Assembly: GCA_009782775.1 (NCBI GenBank)
Contig: WRIL01000008.1
Location: 762 to 64,761, forward strand
DNA: 64,000 nucleotides
Direction: 5' to 3'
From: Desulfovibrionaceae bacterium
Lineage (GTDB): Bacteria > Desulfobacterota > Desulfovibrionia > Desulfovibrionales > Desulfovibrionaceae
Shown here: positions 37,269-44,389 of the stretch, in pieces
Layout: the number at the start of each line of letters is the position of its first letter
How positions within the stretch are numbered: the first letter of the stretch is position 1
Translations under genes and position numbers: made by a program
The notes under the pieces: model-generated
What the model was told of the DNA's origin: nothing
Databases searched by the model: none
Seen by the model: the letters and a program-made list of their open reading frames with translations, nothing else

Positions 37269-38038
37269 AGATCGCCTCTATCAGGGATGCTTGGCAAAAC
37301 CTCCTGGAGCAGCTTAAAGAGCAACGCTGCCGGGTCTGCCTGGCCCCCATGTCCGTAAGGCCGGTTTCGGAGGAAGCTCCGGAGGCGCGGGCTTGCGGAA
37401 TCTGCGCGAACTGCTTGGCCGGATTCCCCTGGCGTGCTGCTCCTGCCTGCCCCATGTGCGGGGAATTCCTACCTTTGGCGGAACTCTGCCCCCATTGCCA
37501 GCTCTCCCCCAAGCCCTGGAGGCAGGCGTATTTCCTGGCCGCCTATTCCGGAACGCTGCGTGATTTAGTGCGGCGGATCAAGTTTAACGGACAGCTTTCC
37601 CTGGCCGAGGGGCTGGGCATGCTCTTGGCCGTGCGCTCAGGCCTGGCGGAAAAACGGGCGGACTATGACCGCATCACTCCGGTCCCTTTGCACCCGCGCC
37701 GCCAAGCCACGCGCGGCTTCAACCAGGCCCTGGAAATCGCCCGCCCTCTGGCGGCAACCCTGGGCATTCCCTTATCTTTTAACAGTCTGCTGCGGGTGGA
37801 GGATACCCGCCCGCAAAGCGGGCTGACCAGGAAGAAGCGGGCCGAAAATTTGCGCCAGGCCTTCACGGCCGATGACTCCTGGCAGAACCTGCGCATCTTG
37901 CTGGTGGATGATGTGCTGACCACCGGAGCCACCCTGCATGCGGCCGCTTCAGCCCTGCTGAGGGGCGGAGCCCTTTATGTGGATGTCGCGGCTCTGGCCC
38001 GCACCCCGGCCAGGAATATGGGAGCGGCATTAAACTGA
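37262..38038 (+). CDS. comF: ComF family protein (phosphoribosyltransferase-like)
   Basis: N-terminal paired CxxC zinc-ribbon cysteines and C-terminal PRPP loop ILLVDDVLTTGATL. Confidence 0.85.
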   Translation: MLKIASIRDAWQNLLEQLKEQRCRVCLAPMSVRPVSEEAPEARACGICANCLAGFPWRAAPACPMCGEFLPLAELCPHCQLSPKPWRQAYFLAAYSGTLRDLVRRIKFNGQLSLAEGLGMLLAVRSGLAEKRADYDRITPVPLHPRRQATRGFNQALEIARPLAATLGIPLSFNSLLRVEDTRPQSGLTRKKRAENLRQAFTADDSWQNLRILLVDDVLTTGATLHAAASALLRGGALYVDVAALARTPARNMGAALN

Positions 38039-38092
38039 CACCCAAGCCTTCTGCCAGCTATAACAGCTTGCTATGCGACGGATTACCTATAC

Positions 38093-38108
38093 CGGCATAA
38101 AGCTTGCA
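38093..38108 (+). promoter_or_regulatory. Sigma-54 (-24/-12) promoter candidate
   Basis: CGGCATAAAGCTTGCA: GG at 38094-95 and GC at 38106-07, with exactly the consensus spacing (TGGCAC-N5-TTGCW). About 54 nt upstream of ATG 38162. Confidence 0.55.
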
Positions 38109-38161
38109 TCCCTCCTGTGAAGAGCTGCTCCCAAAGCGGACAAGCTCTCAGGAGGAACGTG

Positions 38162-39211
38162 ATGCCGGTTTTGAAACCCGTAAATAATATCGCCGGAGCC
38201 TCGTTGCACAAAAATCCACGGGCTCTTCCAGGAGTCGCCCGCCGGAGCATGGCCAGAAACGCCGCCTTGGGCCTGGATAATTTCTCCAGCCTGCTGCACG
38301 GCGAAAGCATCACCGCCGCGCCTGGAACCACTGTACCCGCATCCCTGAAGACCACTGGGACGGCGCAACAAAACCTGATCGGCCGTAACGGGCAGCCAGC
38401 CTCCTTGAGAAAGCTCGGATCGCATATCTTTGAAGAAGCACCTGTAGAATTTGCCGCGCCCCCCCCCGAAAAGACGAGGCTGGCGCGTCCAGCGGGCAGC
38501 GAGGGAAGCATCCTGGCCCTGCGGGCCGCCGGACATAAACTCAAAAACGTAACCGAGATGGTGCTAGGCACGCTTTCCAGCCTTTTCGAATCAGGCCGGG
38601 AAGGGATCTCGGCCATCGGCTATGACCGCGTCGGCGGCACTTCCTACGGAAAATACCAGATTGCCTCCAGGACGGGGACGCTTGATGAATTTATCGCCTT
38701 TCTGGACAAAAAATCCCCGGAACTTGGGAAACTCCTTAAAGAAGCCGGGCCGGGCAACACCGGCGGCAAAGAAGGACGGATGCCGGAAGTCTGGCAGGGG
38801 ATCGCCGCCAGGGAACCCGAGCGCTTTGCAGACTTGCAGCACTCCTTCATCCATGAACGCCTTTACCTGCCGGCGGCCAATAAACTGAAAGGATACGGCC
38901 TGGATGTGGACAAGTTCAGCTCCACCATGCGGGAGGTGCTTTTCAGCACAGCCGTGCAGCACGGCCCTTCGGCGGCGGCGCGCCTGGTAATCAGGGCTGC
39001 TGGCGAAGCCGGGGGCTCCACTCCGACCGGGGCCGCCTGGGGAGAAACGGCTCGCCCCCCCACGGACGAGGCGGAATTAATCCGGCGCATCTATAATGCC
39101 CGGCGTACCCAGTTCGGGTCTTCCACTCCCCAGGTGCGTGAATCCGTGTCCGAGCGTCTGCAAAGCGAGATGAGGCTGGCCCTAAACCTGCTCCAGAACC
39201 AACGCGGCTGA
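38162..39211 (+). CDS. Hypothetical protein with possible lysozyme/transglycosylase-like core
   Basis: AGGAGG RBS before ATG 38162 (MPVLKPVNNIAG...). The central stretch LFESGREGISAIGYDRVGGTSYGKYQIAS recalls the ES...G.(L/Y)xQ motifs of SLT-type enzymes. This is a by-eye impression only. Confidence 0.6.
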   Translation: MPVLKPVNNIAGASLHKNPRALPGVARRSMARNAALGLDNFSSLLHGESITAAPGTTVPASLKTTGTAQQNLIGRNGQPASLRKLGSHIFEEAPVEFAAPPPEKTRLARPAGSEGSILALRAAGHKLKNVTEMVLGTLSSLFESGREGISAIGYDRVGGTSYGKYQIASRTGTLDEFIAFLDKKSPELGKLLKEAGPGNTGGKEGRMPEVWQGIAAREPERFADLQHSFIHERLYLPAANKLKGYGLDVDKFSSTMREVLFSTAVQHGPSAAARLVIRAAGEAGGSTPTGAAWGETARPPTDEAELIRRIYNARRTQFGSSTPQVRESVSERLQSEMRLALNLLQNQRG

Positions 39212-39216
39212 CCGTT

Positions 39217-39678
39217 TTATCCCGAGGCTGGGTTATCCGGGCGCACGGTCAGCACCGGGACATGGGAACTTTTCACCACCTTTTCCGCCACTGAGCCGAA
39301 GAGGATGCGATCCAGGCCGGCCCGGCCGTGGGTTCCCATGACGATCATGTCGGCATTATTCTCCTTGGCTTGGCTGATGATCTCCTCGGCGGCATAACCG
39401 CTGATTACCCGCCCTTCGGCCCGGAGGTCCGAGAATTTCTCCTTCACGAAATCTTCCATAGATTTTTCCGCCCCGGTGATCACTTCGCCCACGAAGTTTT
39501 CCATGGAGCTGGCGGGCACATGGAAACCCACATAATGCCCCAGGGTCGGGGCTATGTACACCGCCAGAATTTCAGCATCCAGGGCCTTGGCTAGGCAAAC
39601 GGCATATTCGGCCACGCTGGCGCTTTGCGGGGACAGATCAACCGCGACCAGGATTTTTTTGACTTGCACTGCGCTCAT
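39217..39678 (-). CDS. Universal stress protein (UspA family)
   Basis: KKILVAVDLSPQS start and C-terminal MIVMGTHGRAGLDRILFGSVAEKVV ATP-binding motif. Confidence 0.9.
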   Translation of the reverse strand: MSAVQVKKILVAVDLSPQSASVAEYAVCLAKALDAEILAVYIAPTLGHYVGFHVPASSMENFVGEVITGAEKSMEDFVKEKFSDLRAEGRVISGYAAEEIISQAKENNADMIVMGTHGRAGLDRILFGSVAEKVVKSSHVPVLTVRPDNPASG

Positions 39679-39808
39679 GGCGTTCTCCTTGCTGGGATTT
39701 GCATAACTCTATATAATAAATACAGTCGGCAAGGGCAAATATTTTTCGGTGGAGCCCCGGCAGAGCCAGGGGCTTACCGAAAACTGATTATTCAGGAGGA
39801 GAACAATT

Positions 39809-40981
39809 ATGAGGACTGTTGGAACAGTCGCACGAGGACTCCGCGCTCCGTTAATTAAAGCCGGCGATGATATAGTACAAATAGCCGTTGACAGCATATT
39901 GGCCGCCTCTAAAAAAGAAAACTTTGAGCTGCATGATCGGGATATAATTGGGATTACTGAAGCGGCGGTGGCCCGCGCGCAGGGCAATTATGCAAGCTGC
40001 AAACAAATTGCCGTCGATATCCGGAAAAAATATCCGAGCGGAACGCTCGCGATTACATTTCCAATTTTATCAAGAAACCGCTTTTCAAATATCTTAAAAG
40101 GCATCGCGCAGGGGTGCGACAAGTTGTATATTATGTTATCATATCCAGCCGACGAAGTTGGGAACGAGCTTATTCCATATGATATGCTCGATAAAGCAGG
40201 CGTTAATCCATATACTGATATGCTTACAGAGAAAGTTTATCGTGAAAAATTCGGATATGACATAACGCATGTATTTACACACATAGATTATGTTGAATAT
40301 TACAAATCTTTTTGTGATCATAGTGAAATCATCTTTGCGAATGACGTGCGCAAAATACTCGACTTTACAAAGCATGTGCTGTGCTGTGATATACATACCC
40401 GCTTCAGGTCAAAGCGCTTGTTAAAAGAGGCCGGGGGTGAAACTGTTTATGGGTTAGAGGATGTGTTGTCATACTCCGTTGATGGCAGTGGGTACAACGA
40501 GCAATACGGACTTCTGGGTTCGAACAAGGCTACGGAAGATTCAATAAAACTGTTTCCAAGGGATTGTGAGGCGGTCGTCACCAAAATTGCGCAAAAAATA
40601 AAAGAAATATCCGGGAAACAGGTTGAAGTGATGATTTATGGTGACGGAGCGTTCAAAGATCCTGTCGGACATATATGGGAACTGGCCGATCCGGTTGTTT
40701 CTCCCGCGTTTACCCAGGGATTGGGCGGAACGCCCCACGAGTTGAAGTTAAAATTCCTGCTGGATAGCGAGTTTTCGGGAAAGAGTGAAGATGAATTAAA
40801 AGAGGCGGTCGGCAAGGCAATAAAAGCTAAAACCGGAAATCCCGAAGATAAGGCATTAGGCACGACTCCAAGAAGATATACAGATTTAGTCGGTAGCTTG
40901 TGTGATCTGATGAGCGGATCCGGGGACAAGGGAACGCCGATTGTATTGATACAAGGTTACTTTGATAATTATGCCTCATGA
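39809..40981 (+). CDS. CofE-like (F420-0:gamma-glutamyl ligase family) protein in a low-GC segment
   Basis: GLRAPLIKAGDDIV N-terminal motif and C-terminal MSGSGDKGTPIVLIQG, which resemble the GLPLIKEGDDL and GEGGDGIPAVVVRG motifs as I recall them from archaeal CofE (recalled, not checked). Codon usage is visibly AT-rich compared with its neighbours. Confidence 0.75.
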   Translation: MRTVGTVARGLRAPLIKAGDDIVQIAVDSILAASKKENFELHDRDIIGITEAAVARAQGNYASCKQIAVDIRKKYPSGTLAITFPILSRNRFSNILKGIAQGCDKLYIMLSYPADEVGNELIPYDMLDKAGVNPYTDMLTEKVYREKFGYDITHVFTHIDYVEYYKSFCDHSEIIFANDVRKILDFTKHVLCCDIHTRFRSKRLLKEAGGETVYGLEDVLSYSVDGSGYNEQYGLLGSNKATEDSIKLFPRDCEAVVTKIAQKIKEISGKQVEVMIYGDGAFKDPVGHIWELADPVVSPAFTQGLGGTPHELKLKFLLDSEFSGKSEDELKEAVGKAIKAKTGNPEDKALGTTPRRYTDLVGSLCDLMSGSGDKGTPIVLIQGYFDNYAS

Positions 40982-41120
40982 TGAGGTTAGTCTGTCTATT
41001 TTTCAGGCGCGCGCTCTTTTCCCGGCAGTCTCCGGCGACATGGCAAAAAATTCCGGTCCGTGGGGGGTTGGAAAAACTTGAAAGCATTGAAATTCAATAT
41101 GTTATATTTTTCAGGCCGGT

Positions 41121-41136
41121 TGGCAAAGTTTTTGCT
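41121..41136 (+). promoter_or_regulatory. Sigma-54 (-24/-12) promoter candidate
   Basis: TGGCAAAGTTTTTGCT: GG at 41122-23 and GC at 41134-35, consensus spacing. 48 nt upstream of ATG 41184. Confidence 0.6.
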
Positions 41137-41183
41137 TAAGTCTAGCCAGTGCGGAGCCGGGACAACCTAAGATGGGGGCATGG

Positions 41184-41651
41184 ATGAAAATACGCAACGA
41201 CCCGTTACAAATTTCGCAGGAACAGGGCGAAATCCGCCGCAAAACCGACCTGGAAGGCTTTGAGAGCCTTCTGGCCCGCGAATTGCAACAGGTCCAGGAC
41301 AGCCAAACGGCGCCGGCCCCGGAAATCGCCCAAAGCGCCTCGGTCCTGACCACCAGAATTCGCACGGCCCAGGAAGTCACGGCACTGCCGGAAGACACGG
41401 ATAAAGAGGCCTTTATGACGCGCCTGGACGAACTCTTGGGACAGTGGGAACAATATGCCGCTACCCTGAACGACTCCTCCGGGGCCGCCCTGAAAAACAT
41501 TCACCATCTTCTGGGCGATTTGGGAGGCCAGATAAGCGGACTGAAGGCCTCCATGCCGGAGAGCGCGGCCGGACTGCGCGGCCTGGTCAATGAACTGGAA
41601 GTGCTCGCCATTACCGAAGAATTCAAGCTCAACCGGGGGGATTACCTGTAA
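41184..41651 (+). CDS. Hypothetical 155-aa helical protein
   Basis: MKIRNDPLQISQEQGEIRRKTDLEGFESLLARELQ...; no recognised motif. A G-rich RBS precedes ATG 41184; the track ORF starts at 41172. Confidence 0.6.
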   Translation: MKIRNDPLQISQEQGEIRRKTDLEGFESLLARELQQVQDSQTAPAPEIAQSASVLTTRIRTAQEVTALPEDTDKEAFMTRLDELLGQWEQYAATLNDSSGAALKNIHHLLGDLGGQISGLKASMPESAAGLRGLVNELEVLAITEEFKLNRGDYL

Positions 41652-41686
41652 CATCCCCTTTCACGAAGCCCTGCGCCTGCCTTGCC

Positions 41687-42367
41687 TTAAAGCAGACGCA
41701 GGGCCTCCTGTGAAAGCGTCTGCTTTTTAACGTAATCCACCACCGCCTCGGGCGAATCCAACAGAACGCAAAACTTTATTTCCTCTTCATCGAGAAAACC
41801 GCTACGGACCATGGAGTTTCTGATCCAGTCCAGCATCCCGCTCCAGAAAAAAGAATCATACAACACAATGGGAAAGGGCCGGATTCTCCCGGTCTGGGCC
41901 AGTAACATGGCTTCGCTCAGCTCGTCCAGCGTTCCCATTCCGCCGGGCATGACGACGTAGGCCACCGCATACTTGACGAACATAAGTTTGCGGACGAAGA
42001 AATAATTAAAATCGCAGCGGGTGGTGACATAGGGATTGATCTTCTGTTCCTGGGGCAGATGGATGTGCAGGCCGATGGAAGGAGCCTCCGCCTCCATCGC
42101 CCCCCTGTTTCCGGCCTCCATAAGTCCCGGCCCGCCGCCGGTGATAATGCCGTATCCATCTTCTCCCAGCCTGCGGGCAATCTCCCTGGCGGCCTCATAC
42201 AGCGGAGAATCCGCCGTGGCCCTGGCGGAACCGAAGATGGAGACGCAACGCGGCATCCTCCCCAATTCCTCAAAACCGTTCACCGCCTCGGAGAGAATTT
42301 TGAACATCCTCCAGGAATCATGGGAAGAATCCCATTCACGCAGATTATCACTGTATTTCGTCTTCAT
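41687..42367 (-). CDS. LOG family protein (TIGR00730-type nucleotide 5'-monophosphate nucleosidase)
   Basis: GGGPGLMEA and VVMPGGMGTLDELSE (PGGxGTxxE) motifs. ATG at 42367 (MKTKYSD); the upstream part of the track ORF overlaps the preceding gene. Confidence 0.88.
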   Translation of the reverse strand: MKTKYSDNLREWDSSHDSWRMFKILSEAVNGFEELGRMPRCVSIFGSARATADSPLYEAAREIARRLGEDGYGIITGGGPGLMEAGNRGAMEAEAPSIGLHIHLPQEQKINPYVTTRCDFNYFFVRKLMFVKYAVAYVVMPGGMGTLDELSEAMLLAQTGRIRPFPIVLYDSFFWSGMLDWIRNSMVRSGFLDEEEIKFCVLLDSPEAVVDYVKKQTLSQEALRLL

Positions 42368-43925
42368 GGTCTTGCCCCTGTGACGGTATAACACGTACTT
42401 CCTCAATCCTGCGGGTGGAAACCTTTTCCACGATAAAACGCAGCCCCATATGCTCCAGGCTTTCCCCAAGTTCGGGCAGGTGTTCGAAATGATCCAGGAG
42501 CAGCCCTGCCAGGGTGCCATAATCGCCTTCCTCGGGCAACAACCCTTCCAGGTTCAGCTCATTTTCCAGAAGGTGCAGATCCGCCCCGCCCCTGACCAGG
42601 AAGGAGCCGTCCTCCTGCCTAGAGATATCGGGATTTTCGTCCTCTTCCCTGAATTCCCCGGCAATGATGGCAAATATGTCCACCGGGGTGACCAGCCCGG
42701 AAACGGAGCCGAACTCATCCACCGCAATCACCGGGCTACCTCCGGTCTGGCGCATGAGCTTGAGCAGGCGGATGGCGTCCATGCTCTCGGGGGCCACTAC
42801 GGAGACGCGCCGAGCGGCCAGAGCCTCCAAGTCTTCCCCGGCCTGGATGGCCGCCATTATGTCGGTCCCCCTGGCCATTCCTGCGAGTTCGTCCAGGCGG
42901 CCATGGCAGAGCGGATAATGGCTATGCGGTTCCGCCAGGATGTACTTGACGATCTTTTCCACTTTATTGCCCAGGTTGATCCAGCGGATTTCATTGCGCG
43001 GGGTCATCAAGCTGCGCAGGGATCGCTCTCCCAGGGAGAGCACCCCGCCGATCATGCTACTTTCTTCCCCGGCAATGGCGGCGGCGGGGGCGGGATTTTG
43101 CTCGTCGATGTCGCGGATCAACGGACGCCTTTCGCCCATGAGACGCAGTATAAGCTCCGTGGTGCGGGCGCGCAGTGGGCGCGTGGCCTGGTGTTTCATT
43201 TGGTTGGAGGTGGCGATCTGGTTGAATATCTCAATGAGCACGGAAAAACCGATGGCGGCATACAGATATTCCTTCGGCACATGGATGCCCAGACCATCGG
43301 CCACTAGGCTGAAACCGATCATCAACAGGAAGCTCAAACAGAGCACCACCACCGTGGGATGATTCCGGACAAAGGCGGCCAGGCCCCCGGAAGCCAGAAG
43401 CATTAGCCCCATGGCGATAAACACGGCCAGGATCATGATGCTCTGGTGGCTGACCATGCCCACTGCGGTGATCACCGCATCCAGGGAAAAAACGGCGTCC
43501 AGAAGCATAATCTGGGCCACCACAAGCCAGAAGCCCGCGTGGGAACGCTCTCCTCGCATTTTCACCGGCCCGGCTTCCAGCCGTTCATGCAGCTCGGTTG
43601 TGGCCTTGTAAAGCAGGAAGACCCCTCCCAAGATAAAAATAATATCCCGGCCGGAAAAATTGCCCCAAACGGGAGTGGAGAGGCGGATCATCCAGGACAT
43701 GCCCAAGAGCAGGACAATACGCAAGGCCAGGGCCATGCCCAAGCCGAAGATCCGGGCCTTGTCGCGCAATTCCGGGGCGGCCCGGTCCGCCAAAATGGCG
43801 ATGAAGACCAGGTTATCCACACCCAGCACCACTTCCATGATCACCAGGGCCAGCAGTCCGGCCCAGCCGCTAACGCTCCCCATCCAGGACAGTTCGTCCA
43901 GCAAAAAGTGCGGAATCTCGGCCAT
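42348..43925 (-). CDS. TerC-family membrane protein fused to CBS pair and CorC/HlyC transporter-associated domain
   Basis: VLGVDNLVFIAILA TerC motif, multiple TM helices, then CBS region and a C-terminal CorC-type domain. ATG at 43925 overlaps the ybeY stop (TGATG). Confidence 0.85.
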   Translation of the reverse strand: MAEIPHFLLDELSWMGSVSGWAGLLALVIMEVVLGVDNLVFIAILADRAAPELRDKARIFGLGMALALRIVLLLGMSWMIRLSTPVWGNFSGRDIIFILGGVFLLYKATTELHERLEAGPVKMRGERSHAGFWLVVAQIMLLDAVFSLDAVITAVGMVSHQSIMILAVFIAMGLMLLASGGLAAFVRNHPTVVVLCLSFLLMIGFSLVADGLGIHVPKEYLYAAIGFSVLIEIFNQIATSNQMKHQATRPLRARTTELILRLMGERRPLIRDIDEQNPAPAAAIAGEESSMIGGVLSLGERSLRSLMTPRNEIRWINLGNKVEKIVKYILAEPHSHYPLCHGRLDELAGMARGTDIMAAIQAGEDLEALAARRVSVVAPESMDAIRLLKLMRQTGGSPVIAVDEFGSVSGLVTPVDIFAIIAGEFREEDENPDISRQEDGSFLVRGGADLHLLENELNLEGLLPEEGDYGTLAGLLLDHFEHLPELGESLEHMGLRFIVEKVSTRRIEEVRVIPSQGQDHEDEIQ

Positions 43926-44389
43926 CAACTCAAACAAGGGAGCCTTCCTTGGATTGTAAAACTTTCCAAGACGCTCAAGGCGGCCGCGCCTGACAGACGT
44001 TCCATCTCAGGGCCGTGGCTGTGCCCGCGCAGATGTGCCAGTCCGTGGGCCAACATACGCAGGGCGTAAAACGCCGGATCTTCTCCATAGATCCCGGCCT
44101 CCCGCCGTATGCTTTCCACCGATATGGCCAACCAGCCCAAAGCCGGGGGGGAAGCCTGAAAGGACAACACGTTGGTCGGGCCGGGGCAGCCCAGGTGACG
44201 CAGATTCAACTCGGCCATGTCCGCATCGTCCAGCAGGGCCAGCTCAAGGGTGGCGGCCTCTCTCCCCCCCGCCGGGTTTTCCCGCGCCGGCAAGAAATCC
44301 AGCATGAGTTCCAGGGCTTTTTCCCATTCGGACAGGCTCAATGGAAGAAGCCAGGATAAAGAGGCACTACTGCTTACGCTGATGTTCAT
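43925..44389 (-). CDS. ybeY: rRNA maturation endoribonuclease YbeY
   Basis: HGLAHLRGHSH zinc-binding motif. 154 aa. phoH-ybeY-corC type operon. Confidence 0.92.
   Translation of the reverse strand: MNISVSSSASLSWLLPLSLSEWEKALELMLDFLPARENPAGGREAATLELALLDDADMAELNLRHLGCPGPTNVLSFQASPPALGWLAISVESIRREAGIYGEDPAFYALRMLAHGLAHLRGHSHGPEMERLSGAAALSVLESFTIQGRLPCLS

Noticed and set aside
36202-37512. 436-aa minus-strand ORF, extremely Arg/Gly/Pro-rich
   Set aside because: It is antisense to the MBL, Isf-like and ComF genes, which have clear motifs. It is low-complexity and has no RBS.
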